Virus record (IMG/VR): IMGVR_UViG_3300028275_000006
Location: 148,543-212,542 of that record
Strand: one strand, 5' to 3'
DNA length: 64,000 nucleotides
Part shown: positions 54,143 to 63,463 of the stretch, piece after piece
Numbering within the stretch: the stretch's first letter is position 1
Layout: every line of letters starts with the position of its first letter
Position numbers and translations under genes: made by a program
The notes under the pieces: generated by a model
What the model was told of the DNA's origin: nothing
The model's database searches: none
Seen by the model: the letters and a program-made list of their open reading frames with translations, nothing else

Positions 54143-54751
54143 ATGAAACCTTTGTTGATGATACACGAAGTCCGTGAATGGATGTTTGATTTACCCTTAA
54201 ATGATTACATCTTGACCTTTGATGACGGATTGTACAGCCAGTATTACTACAACGATTGTTTCAAACAATTAACTACGCAGAGAATATACTACATCAGTTC
54301 AGGCATTGTTAGCAGTGGTTGTCAAAGCCTAGATTTTCCAAACTGTGTTCAAGCACATAAAAAAGCAAGATTGGGCGACTTTGAAGATTATATGACTGTG
54401 GAACAGATCAAAGAGCTCATGCAAGACCCTAATGTTATCATTGGCGCACACAGCCACAGTCACACTAGGTTAGATAACTTTACTAGTCTAGCAGAAAAAG
54501 TTGCTTATATTAATCAAGACACTGAACAGATGATACAATGGTTTGAAACAAATCTAGGATTTAAACCAACGCACTTCTGTTTCCCTTACAACGAAGATCC
54601 ACACGGACTGTACAAAGGACTAGTTAAAAAGTTTGGGATTACTGACTGCGCTGGATCCGGTCGAATACCAATCGAAATGCTTCGGCATAAGGAAGGCCAA
54701 CCTGATAGCCTCGATACTTTGCCAGCGTGGTCATTGCCTCGATACTCCTAG
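54143..54751 (+). CDS. polysaccharide deacetylase (NodB-like)
   Basis: LTFDDG, IGAHSHSH, FCFPY. Confidence 0.85.
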   Translation: MKPLLMIHEVREWMFDLPLNDYILTFDDGLYSQYYYNDCFKQLTTQRIYYISSGIVSSGCQSLDFPNCVQAHKKARLGDFEDYMTVEQIKELMQDPNVIIGAHSHSHTRLDNFTSLAEKVAYINQDTEQMIQWFETNLGFKPTHFCFPYNEDPHGLYKGLVKKFGITDCAGSGRIPIEMLRHKEGQPDSLDTLPAWSLPRYS

Positions 54752-55298
54752 CATCTGGAAACTCGTAAGTTTCTGTTGAGTATCTACTTAGGGCCTCTTT
54801 CTTAGAGTCAATATAATCACTGATGTCTACATAGGTTGTAGGTTGAAACGCAGGTGTTAGTTGATTAAATGTCCAATCTGTGCTAGACGGCACTTCAAAG
54901 AAATAAAGTTGATTAACAGTACTATCTGGTTTGGGACGACTGGCTATCATAACTGCATCTGCCAATACTCTGTGGTCGTGATTTATATCTGATATGTTAT
55001 GTGTGTAAACTACTTCAGGTTTATGTTGAATAAACAACTGTGTCAATAGATGTGCAGTATCATTAAGTTCTAAACTAAGATCTTTATTATTCCAAATCTT
55101 CCATTCTATTCCTAGTTGTTCGCAGTTGGCTTTGAGTGCAAACACTCTGTCAGCGGCAACTTGTTCAAAGTTCGGACGCTCTCCGTTACACAAGCAGAAT
55201 AGTGTAACCTTATGTCCTTCAGCCACCATCCGAGCCATAGTACCGTATGGACCATATGCTTCATCGTCTGGGTGTGCTAGGACAAACAGTATGTTCAC
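54639..55298 (-). CDS. PIG-L/LmbE family N-acetyl sugar deacetylase
   Basis: AHPDDE, HNISDINHDH, AEAF. Confidence 0.92.
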   Translation of the reverse strand: MNILFVLAHPDDEAYGPYGTMARMVAEGHKVTLFCLCNGERPNFEQVAADRVFALKANCEQLGIEWKIWNNKDLSLELNDTAHLLTQLFIQHKPEVVYTHNISDINHDHRVLADAVMIASRPKPDSTVNQLYFFEVPSSTDWTFNQLTPAFQPTTYVDISDYIDSKKEALSRYSTETYEFPDARSIEAMTTLAKYRGYQVGLPYAEAFRLVFDRIQRSQ

Positions 55299-56167
55299 AG
55301 CATGTCCTTGATAATATCATCTAAGTCATACTGTGCTACAAAACCTGTAAGATATTTTACTTTAGTTAGATCTGGGATTCTACTGACAATGTCACTGTGC
55401 GGTGTTGGCACATAGTTTATCTTAGATGTAGAGTTCGATAGTTTAATCACTCGCTCTGCTAATTCTTTGATAGTCACTACGCTGTCACTGCCTACATTAA
55501 AGATTTCTCCGTTGATGTTTTCGATCTTTAACAACAACTCAACAGCATCATTGATGTGACAGAAACTACGTACCTGCCCGCCATCGCTATAGACTGTAAG
55601 ATCCCTACCAACCTTGGCCGCATCAACAAACCTTGGCAGCACCATGCCATGCTCGCCTAACTGCCCAGGGCCTGTTACATTAAAGAATCTAACTATAGTG
55701 TAAGGGAATGTACTGGCAGATATCATAAACTCTGTCATTAACTTTGCCGCGGCATATCCCCAACGCAAATCTGTAGGAGGACCAATGTGTAGAGTGTTAT
55801 CTTCGCTGAATGGTCCGTCGCCGTAGACTTCTGATGTAGAACTAAAGATTACTTTGTTTTGATATCTTTCAAACAAAGGAATCAAACGACTCATTAGTTC
55901 AATATTGTTTCTTAATGTAGTTGTTGGATTGTTGACTATGTTAGCAACACCTACAGATCCTGCTAGAAAATATACAACATCTGTTTCTAACAGCAATTCA
56001 TCAAGTACAGCGTTGCGTATGTCTGCATGAATGAACTTAACTGGAAAGTTTGGAGCACTGGATGTTATTAAGGAATCAACAATAGTAACATCGTGTCCGT
56101 CTTTGATAAGACGCTTTGCTAAGTGGGCGCCAATAAAACCAGCGCCACCTAATAATAGATACTTCAT
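55295..56167 (-). CDS. NAD-dependent sugar epimerase/dehydratase
   Basis: GGAGFIG, SSTSEVYG, YAAAK, RFFNVTGP. Confidence 0.92.
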   Translation of the reverse strand: MKYLLLGGAGFIGAHLAKRLIKDGHDVTIVDSLITSSAPNFPVKFIHADIRNAVLDELLLETDVVYFLAGSVGVANIVNNPTTTLRNNIELMSRLIPLFERYQNKVIFSSTSEVYGDGPFSEDNTLHIGPPTDLRWGYAAAKLMTEFMISASTFPYTIVRFFNVTGPGQLGEHGMVLPRFVDAAKVGRDLTVYSDGGQVRSFCHINDAVELLLKIENINGEIFNVGSDSVVTIKELAERVIKLSNSTSKINYVPTPHSDIVSRIPDLTKVKYLTGFVAQYDLDDIIKDML

Positions 56168-56961
56168 AGATTAATTATAATCACTTCCCCTGCAAAATCG
56201 TCAAAATAAACATGAGGAATAGTTTTAACGAAATCAGTTTGTTCTGCTGTTAATGTTGAAAACGGAAAGAAGTATCCATTTCCATTTATATACTTTTCAG
56301 AATTCTTTGCAATCATTAATACCCCTAATTTAACATTTGGGTTTTGTAAAAATGACAGACAATCGACACAGTAAACTTTACCGTCAACTAAATGTAATTT
56401 ATCTGTAAGATCTGTTAAAAGTGGATTAATGTTATCTGTGAATGTGTTTTGTATTTTTGTCAGTAAAGTTTTATCGAGCTCGTCTATAGTGATAACATCT
56501 GTACCTACGTCCATACATTTAAAGAACTGAGGAGTTTCTAAAGTAAGCTCTGGAAAACCTGCTGGTCTATTTTTAAACAAATTAGAAAGTTGCTCAAAGT
56601 CAAATGCGTCTAAAATTTGAGAACCTACAACAGAAATATATTTTTTCTTATCATCTACACGACTATTTGGATTATCTTTTAAGAAATCTAATTCGGTAAT
56701 GTCTTCGTTTAAATTAGTTTCTAACCAACCTTTGTAGTAGTATGCGGCGCCTTCGTGTAGACAGTATTGATCCCAATAACCCCATTGCATTTCTGGATCG
56801 ACAAACGTGTCGTATTCTGCTTCTAAAGCAAGTATTGTACTAGTTCTGCGGCAACCAGACTGTCCGTCTGGATTATACTCACAAAGTCTAAAAAGGTTTT
56901 CTTTGGAATTTTCCACAGAAGACGCAGGGATAGAGACTTGTTCGTTAGTAGGTTCTGTCAT
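56164..56961 (-). CDS. hypothetical protein in the sugar-modification cluster
   Basis: ORF track, coupled junction. Confidence 0.65.
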   Translation of the reverse strand: MTEPTNEQVSIPASSVENSKENLFRLCEYNPDGQSGCRRTSTILALEAEYDTFVDPEMQWGYWDQYCLHEGAAYYYKGWLETNLNEDITELDFLKDNPNSRVDDKKKYISVVGSQILDAFDFEQLSNLFKNRPAGFPELTLETPQFFKCMDVGTDVITIDELDKTLLTKIQNTFTDNINPLLTDLTDKLHLVDGKVYCVDCLSFLQNPNVKLGVLMIAKNSEKYINGNGYFFPFSTLTAEQTDFVKTIPHVYFDDFAGEVIIINL

Positions 56962-56970
56962 TTTTATTCC

Positions 56971-57618
56971 TCAATATTCTATAATATTAGCATCTAATAC
57001 AGGATAGTCAATACCCAAATGATTGACTATAGTATCAATATCTGTTCCTTGTTCGATGTATAGTGTATTTACCCTATTATCTTCATTGTAAAGATAGAGA
57101 AAGAACGGCTTGTTATCCTTGAGTTCAAAGTGCTTAAAATCTATTAATTTAATTTGATTGCCGTTTCTAGCCAAATTATAAGTCATGCTGTTGTAGAATG
57201 GAGTGAGTTCTAACTGTTTGTGTTGAAGTTTCAAATAATGAAATTCCTGCTCTGTAACTGATTCTACAGGATCTCCTTCCCAGTATTCATAGACCAAAAA
57301 ACTATCATTGCTTTCTAGTAATTTGGGTAATAGATTTCCCTGATAAGATTCTAAAAATGCAAATATGTCTACGGGCTGTTTTTGTTTTGTCAAATAGCAG
57401 TAGTAAGGATCTACTTCAGTAGTGTAAGTATCTGCATTAGAGTAAATGAATTGTAACGCTCGCCTGTGAACGTACTTTTTGTTATTGTGTTCAAAGAAGT
57501 AAAAATATATCTTACGAGTAAAAGGCGTGTGGTCTAGTCCGTAAATGCGTTTAAAGTCATCACGGGCTTCCTTTATAAATTGCACCTTACTGTTAATAAG
57601 ATATGTATTCATCCTCAC
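56971..57618 (-). CDS. hypothetical protein with kinase-like motif
   Basis: LPKLLES..FLVYEYWEG and YNLARNGNQIKLIDF. Confidence 0.45.
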   Translation of the reverse strand: MRMNTYLINSKVQFIKEARDDFKRIYGLDHTPFTRKIYFYFFEHNNKKYVHRRALQFIYSNADTYTTEVDPYYCYLTKQKQPVDIFAFLESYQGNLLPKLLESNDSFLVYEYWEGDPVESVTEQEFHYLKLQHKQLELTPFYNSMTYNLARNGNQIKLIDFKHFELKDNKPFFLYLYNEDNRVNTLYIEQGTDIDTIVNHLGIDYPVLDANIIEY

Positions 57619-58666
57619 GCACCAAGTCTAATGTTGAGCAATGAATGCCGCCTGCAAAGATTTCACCGTGCTCTAGTTTAATAGGAATGACTGTAAAACC
57701 ATTCTTATCTAATATGTCTGCAACACCAACAGCACGATCGGTAACCAACACAGTATTTTCGTCAACACTTAATACATTAACGTCCATACCACGACTGCTG
57801 GCTAGTCTAATATCAATATCTGTCATACCTCGTACATCAATGTTTGCTGTTAGGTCTTTAGGATACAAGTAAGTCCAGTTGCGGAACTTAGCAGGCAACA
57901 GATCTTTAATGTTTGGGTACAAGGGATTAACTAGGAACACTCCTGGCCGTAGACAGATTAGGCAACCATCGATATGATTATCTGCTACATGTAAGACATG
58001 GAAGTCTGTGTCTGGATAAAAGCTCTTGATCCACTCGTAGCCCAAGTATTGATTATAACTGTTGATGTTAACAACACAGTCTTTGCCTATGCGTAGGAAC
58101 TGTGCGCCATCTACTGCCATTACATAGTTACTGGGAATGTTTGCATAGTCACGACTATCTCCCCAATGCCCTAGGTCAATAGTGTCTTCTGTTAACTCAG
58201 TGTGCGGAGCCTTAATCCATTGCCCGCCACGTCCTCTATCCCATGCACGACTATACACATCATGTAACAGAGTATTTTCATAATAACGATTGCGTACAAA
58301 AGTAGGAGTTTCAATTAACTTGTTGCCATACACTAATGTTAGATCACGTACATTACTTGCCGAACTTAGTTCACTACGAAAACTAGGGGTAGTAAACGGA
58401 ACAATCTTATCTAGCACATCGGGTCTGTGTACTGTTACTCCTAGGCTTTCTAATGTCTTTGCCAACCCATCTAACTGTTCATTGCGTTGATCAATCAATT
58501 CCATGCTGACTGTATAGTTTTCAAACGGTGCTTCGTAGATGCGTTCGTCTAAGGCTTCTCTATAAAACTGTTTGAATGTAATGTCGCTGATACGCTTGGC
58601 TAGTTTTAATTCTCTGCCAACTACTACTTCTTTTAAACGGCCAAAACTTGTGTGTGAGTTAATCAC
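57593..58666 (-). CDS. L-arginine-dependent amidinotransferase (AGAT/StrB1 family)
   Basis: SFGRLKEVVVG, VRD, DGAQ, HIDG, C-terminal GGIHCSTLD. Confidence 0.9.
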   Translation of the reverse strand: MINSHTSFGRLKEVVVGRELKLAKRISDITFKQFYREALDERIYEAPFENYTVSMELIDQRNEQLDGLAKTLESLGVTVHRPDVLDKIVPFTTPSFRSELSSASNVRDLTLVYGNKLIETPTFVRNRYYENTLLHDVYSRAWDRGRGGQWIKAPHTELTEDTIDLGHWGDSRDYANIPSNYVMAVDGAQFLRIGKDCVVNINSYNQYLGYEWIKSFYPDTDFHVLHVADNHIDGCLICLRPGVFLVNPLYPNIKDLLPAKFRNWTYLYPKDLTANIDVRGMTDIDIRLASSRGMDVNVLSVDENTVLVTDRAVGVADILDKNGFTVIPIKLEHGEIFAGGIHCSTLDLVREDEYISY

Positions 58667-59507
58667 GTAACTTCCTCATTCTATTAAAATATTCTACTTT
58701 CTCTCTGACTTTGTCATACACAGGATCATGTATAAGGTGTTCGTGCCAGAAGTATACTGTTCTAAGTTCATCGTCTGTAAACTCCTTTACTGGTGTATAC
58801 CACTCGCCTATCTGATACTTTTGTATTGGCTGTACGGGCCACAGTTTGTTGTTATAGATCTTGTCCATAACGTATTCTTCTAAGTAGTAGTCTCCGCTGA
58901 CTGCACGAACTTTCTCCCATTCAGGATCATGATTAGTCATTGTGTCAGTTAGGACATCAAAGAAGAATTTATAAAATCCACTGTCACGTCTGCTGATAGT
59001 AAAGCCTGTGTCAAATGGATTACTCCATCCTTCTTTAACTGTACGCTGTTGTGCTGTACAGTAGTCATCGTACTGTCCGCAGATCAATGTTTCACTGTTA
59101 ACTAACTCTTCCGGCAAGGGCTTAATCAAATTCATGTCTAAGTCTATTTTGATTAGTACATCTTCTGCAAGCCTCTGCTCTAGCAACATACCTACTAAAG
59201 GAACATTTAAGAAACCACTGATAAATGTTTCTGTGATAGGCTGATACTCTTCTATGTAAGTTACATTTAATTCTTTAAATCGTTCTTTTGTTTTGTCAGT
59301 TACAATGTTGTGTGTGGGACAAAAAGCATAGATAGCACAGTCCTTTAACCATCCGCCATTCTTACGCCAGTTCTCAAAGCACAGTACTGCTTCGCTTTCA
59401 AACAAACGTCTAGTACCAACAATACCTTTCTGCTCGTTAAGGTTGTTAGCATCTCCTTCGATGGCTGTGATTAGGGCATACTTCATACTGCATAGTCCTT
59501 TAAACAC
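58659..59507 (-). CDS. glycosyltransferase-like protein (GT-A fold)
   Basis: IKIDLD DxD motif, FDTGF, FWHEH. Confidence 0.55.
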   Translation of the reverse strand: MFKGLCSMKYALITAIEGDANNLNEQKGIVGTRRLFESEAVLCFENWRKNGGWLKDCAIYAFCPTHNIVTDKTKERFKELNVTYIEEYQPITETFISGFLNVPLVGMLLEQRLAEDVLIKIDLDMNLIKPLPEELVNSETLICGQYDDYCTAQQRTVKEGWSNPFDTGFTISRRDSGFYKFFFDVLTDTMTNHDPEWEKVRAVSGDYYLEEYVMDKIYNNKLWPVQPIQKYQIGEWYTPVKEFTDDELRTVYFWHEHLIHDPVYDKVREKVEYFNRMRKLRD

Positions 59508-60118
59508 GCAAACTTTGAAATGTCTGGATAGTCTTTGTGTGAGCCATTAGTGTAGTGTTCGCTGAGTTGATTAAGCAACAATACACCACGTGCGGCTTCG
59601 TCTGGGCTCATGTACATATGATAACCCATAATGATACCTGTGTCCTGTGCTGTAGGAATAGCACTGTCTCTACCGTCGTGGCGCATACGTTTTAGTTTCT
59701 CATACATCTCTTTGTTGTCTAATAGAATTGCTCCGCCCTTACCTATTGCTAGACGCTTCTTCTGTTGAAAACTAACACACTGGATTTGCCCAGGCACATA
59801 CATATTCTTTTCAAAACCTACAGCATAGTCATAGACATTAGTGTGTCCAATACGATAGTTGCCCATCCAATCATCGAACTCTAACCATACATTGTATCCG
59901 TAGTTGATCAGTGTCATTGGAACACTTAGGTATGTCTGTGTTGGTATACTGACTTTCTGTTTCTTCTTACCATAGTATTCCATTGCTAACAGTATAGCAT
60001 TGGTGCAACGATCTACTGCCACAGCATAAGGAGCACCTGTGTATTCACATAGGCGTTGCTCAAATAGTTCTACAAAATCGTTGTTGTTGTGATAATCTCG
60101 TTTAATGTCTTTAGACAT
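59483..60118 (-). CDS. DegT/DnrJ/StrS PLP sugar aminotransferase (short form)
   Basis: FEQRLCEYTGAPYAVAVDRCT, YDYA, SFQQKKRL..GKGGAI, GYHMYM. Confidence 0.85.
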   Translation of the reverse strand: MSKDIKRDYHNNNDFVELFEQRLCEYTGAPYAVAVDRCTNAILLAMEYYGKKKQKVSIPTQTYLSVPMTLINYGYNVWLEFDDWMGNYRIGHTNVYDYAVGFEKNMYVPGQIQCVSFQQKKRLAIGKGGAILLDNKEMYEKLKRMRHDGRDSAIPTAQDTGIIMGYHMYMSPDEAARGVLLLNQLSEHYTNGSHKDYPDISKFACLKDYAV

Positions 60119-61038
60119 ACTGTATCCTTTTTTAACTCGTCTAGCAAAGTGACTATGTTAGTTATCATAGGCACTGGCTTCCATTCAATTTTCTTAATCA
60201 AAGTGTTGCTAGTATCTTGCAGTTGTTCGTAGTCGTAGAATAATTCTTCTCGTAGTTTCTCTCCAGGTCTACATCCAATTATGACCTGCGGGTAATCTTT
60301 AGGTACTAGGTCCATTATAGACTGCTCGTCGCCCATATCTAAGATGTATGTTGCTTTGGCAAATTCTAAATGAACAATATTAATGATTAACGATACTGCA
60401 TCCTGTACTGAAATAAAGTAACGCTTCATTTCAGGATCTGTAATAGTTATTGGCAAATTGTTTGCTATCTGCCACTCTAATGTTTCTACAAAGGATCCCG
60501 ATGATCTAAAAACATTTCCAAATCTAACAATTTTCATTTCTGTGTCAGATGTTCTAGCATATTGCTGTACAATACGTTCGCACCAAAGTTTAGTGTAGCC
60601 CATATTGTTAGTAGGGTTTACTGCCTTGTCGCTGGATATGTGTATCATACATTTCACTTCGTCCGAATGATTACATAAATTAATAACAGATAGAATATTG
60701 TTCTTAACTACAGAATAAAAGTTATTTTCATCTTCTAGTGTATCTACATGTTTATAGGCAGCGGCATTAAAAATATAATCTATTTGATATTTGTCAAAGA
60801 TCATGTCGACTAACTTCTTGTCGCTGACATCTCCGACTATACAATGCACGTTCTTAGCACCAATGCCGCGCTGTAGTTTATAGATAGCGTATTCGCTGAT
60901 ATCAACTGCTATAATAGTTTTTGCCTGTATCTGATTTACCAATTCACTGCCAATAGTTCCGCCAGCGCCAGTTATTAAAACTGTGCTGTCTAAAAAATTT
61001 TGCAAATCGTCTATGTTTAGTTTGTTTTTTATTTCCAA
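60070..61038 (-). CDS. CapD/PglF-type UDP-sugar 4,6-dehydratase
   Basis: TGAGGTIGSEL, NAAAYKHV, SSDKAVNP, VRFGNV, RPGEKLREEL. Confidence 0.92.
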   Translation of the reverse strand: MEIKNKLNIDDLQNFLDSTVLITGAGGTIGSELVNQIQAKTIIAVDISEYAIYKLQRGIGAKNVHCIVGDVSDKKLVDMIFDKYQIDYIFNAAAYKHVDTLEDENNFYSVVKNNILSVINLCNHSDEVKCMIHISSDKAVNPTNNMGYTKLWCERIVQQYARTSDTEMKIVRFGNVFRSSGSFVETLEWQIANNLPITITDPEMKRYFISVQDAVSLIINIVHLEFAKATYILDMGDEQSIMDLVPKDYPQVIIGCRPGEKLREELFYDYEQLQDTSNTLIKKIEWKPVPMITNIVTLLDELKKDTVCLKTLNEIITTTTIL

Positions 61039-62555
61039 TTTAGTTTCTTCGTTTTATAGTTGTTGACAAACACTTTAAAATTTTCTGTGTGTTTAATAGC
61101 AGTCTCTTCGACTAATTTTAATTTTTCTTCAAGAGTAAGCACATCGCCGTTTTCGTGACACAATATTCTTGACAATAAGTATCCTTCAGTCCTAGCAAGA
61201 TTCTTTTCTCCCACTAACCAAATTTTATCTAATTTGTTACACCAATCCCATGCTTGCATAATATCCATGTTAGGATTCTTCCAGGCTATGGGAGGATTTT
61301 TACCTGTTCCAGGTAACATTACTTTTGTTCTGTCTACTGTTTTATCTTTTTCAAATATAAAATTAGGATTAGGATTAAGATCTATTTCAATCTGTTCATA
61401 TCCGTATTTTTGAAAATCATCGGAAATTCTATTTTCTCTAGAGTCTCCCCAGTCCATTATTTCTAAAGGACAAGCCACTGCTAACTGATCTCTCCAATGA
61501 TTCTTAACCCATTGGTAAGTAGTTTCTAAACTGTCTAATGTTTCGTGTGGCAGGCCTGCTATCAAACTGATAGTTGCCCTGTACTTGTTACCTACGTGCT
61601 TTTGAAAGTATTCTTTAACTTCTACTAGTCCTTCTTTCATTCGTGTAGTGTTACCATTTTTTCCTATGTAACTTGCTGATTTAGGGTTAAATGTTTCTAT
61701 GCCATAGAAATGTCCAAGGAACCCCATTCTTAATAAATCTTCTCTATCGTGCTTACGATTTATTAATAAATCAGCACGGATGAATCCAGCAAAGTATGGC
61801 TTCCACGGTAACGTTTCAACTAAGTCTGCTATTCTAGAAATCTTATAGGGCCTGTCATTGAATGTTTCGTCGCTAATATGATAGTTCTCTATACCAAAAC
61901 GATCATAGGCATCCATGAATTGTTCTCTTACGTTTTTAATATCTCTAGTATAATCTTCTTTGGCACCGATCACAGGAAAATTACAGAACTTACAGGCAAA
62001 CTTACAACCTCGACTGAATTCTATTCTGCCCCATTCGTTAGGCATTAAAAAGTCTCTATCCTCATATTTGATCATAGCATGTTTCATAGGATATGCAGGA
62101 TAGTCTCTATTGGCATTTATAATCTTAGTTCTGCTAGAAATATTTTCAAACTTTGGACTTTGGCCATTTGAAAATTTATAGTTAAGTAACTCTTCTATAG
62201 CATACTCGCCATAGCCATAAATGTGATAGTCCGAATATGAATAATCAATAAGTTGCGATTGCCCGCCTGATATAAAAACTATGTCTGGATAGTTCTTTTT
62301 TATCCATTCAAAGGCTAGACGAAATTTATGTATAGACTGCGCTCTGTTCCAAAGATAAGAAAATCCTATAAACTTTGTATTTGATGTAACTCTAGATTTT
62401 ACAAGTTCTAACAGTTCTTCCGGAGTCCAATACATTATAAAGTCCACAACTTCGCAGTCCCAATTCAAGGAACGAAGGTGATTAGCCATTCTGTGTATGC
62501 CGCCAACTCTATCAATTAGCACAACATTCACAGCCAAAAGTAAACAATGATTCAT
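61029..62555 (-). CDS. B12-binding-type radical SAM enzyme
   Basis: N-terminal cobalamin-binding-like region; SRGCKFACKFC, DETF, GIET, IAGLPHET. Confidence 0.85.
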   Translation of the reverse strand: MNHCLLLAVNVVLIDRVGGIHRMANHLRSLNWDCEVVDFIMYWTPEELLELVKSRVTSNTKFIGFSYLWNRAQSIHKFRLAFEWIKKNYPDIVFISGGQSQLIDYSYSDYHIYGYGEYAIEELLNYKFSNGQSPKFENISSRTKIINANRDYPAYPMKHAMIKYEDRDFLMPNEWGRIEFSRGCKFACKFCNFPVIGAKEDYTRDIKNVREQFMDAYDRFGIENYHISDETFNDRPYKISRIADLVETLPWKPYFAGFIRADLLINRKHDREDLLRMGFLGHFYGIETFNPKSASYIGKNGNTTRMKEGLVEVKEYFQKHVGNKYRATISLIAGLPHETLDSLETTYQWVKNHWRDQLAVACPLEIMDWGDSRENRISDDFQKYGYEQIEIDLNPNPNFIFEKDKTVDRTKVMLPGTGKNPPIAWKNPNMDIMQAWDWCNKLDKIWLVGEKNLARTEGYLLSRILCHENGDVLTLEEKLKLVEETAIKHTENFKVFVNNYKTKKLNWK

Positions 62556-63463
62556 ATAATGTAACGTAAGTCTTTTTTATCGCAGAGTTCTATAACTGCA
62601 CGGTCGCAGTATTTACAGACTTCGTACTGCATGTTCAAAATTTTCTCGTAGTCGCCGTCCCATTCTTTGCCTTTGCTGGCTTCCAAAAACAAATAGCAGG
62701 GATATACTTTGCCGTCAATGTCCACTTGCTGGCTTTTGTTTTCCCAACTCATGCAGTAGGCTTTGCCTTTAACTGGACTAGCATATTTGGCACGGGCAAA
62801 CTTATCCATCTGCTGATAGTCATCTATTTTTTTAGGATTGGGTCTTAATTTAAGTAGGTTCGTTTTGTCTACGTAATTGGATTCTTCTTTCTGCAGGAAT
62901 GTTTCTGTCCAATAGACATGACTAAACTCGCTGACCATTTGTTTGAACTCTAGCCCATCAAAGTCATCGCTGTTATAATAAAAACGAATACACTGAGCAT
63001 AGTCATTCTTATTATCACTACGGAACGCACGAGCATTCTCTAGTATTTTTGCTAGACTAGTTCCTGTACGATATATTTCGTGTAGTTCTTGTGTGCTACC
63101 ACAAATGCTGAAATAAACTTTGTCATCTGCGTTCATTAGAGTAGATAACTCTTTCCACCAGTCGGGCTTGTGTGTTGCTCCGTTAGTACAGATTTCAATC
63201 TTTAGTCCACGGGCCTTCATGTATTTGACTAAAGGAAAGAAGTCTTTGTAGATAGTTGGTTCCGATATAGTACCAACAAGACGTATCCATTCTAAGTCTG
63301 GAAACGTTTCTAATTGATCTATGACTTCCTGTAGTGGACGAACTTTATTCTCTGGGTAGTGTTCTTTGAATGCTGTATAGTTTCTATAGCATAGTCCACA
63401 CTGAGCATTACAGTATGTTGTAAGTTCTAACTCTAGGTCAATAACCTTAGGCATCTTTAACAT
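62552..63463 (-). CDS. radical SAM/SPASM protein
   Basis: CNAQCGLC, GTISEP, TNG, C-terminal C..PC..CKYC. Confidence 0.88.
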   Translation of the reverse strand: MLKMPKVIDLELELTTYCNAQCGLCYRNYTAFKEHYPENKVRPLQEVIDQLETFPDLEWIRLVGTISEPTIYKDFFPLVKYMKARGLKIEICTNGATHKPDWWKELSTLMNADDKVYFSICGSTQELHEIYRTGTSLAKILENARAFRSDNKNDYAQCIRFYYNSDDFDGLEFKQMVSEFSHVYWTETFLQKEESNYVDKTNLLKLRPNPKKIDDYQQMDKFARAKYASPVKGKAYCMSWENKSQQVDIDGKVYPCYLFLEASKGKEWDGDYEKILNMQYEVCKYCDRAVIELCDKKDLRYII

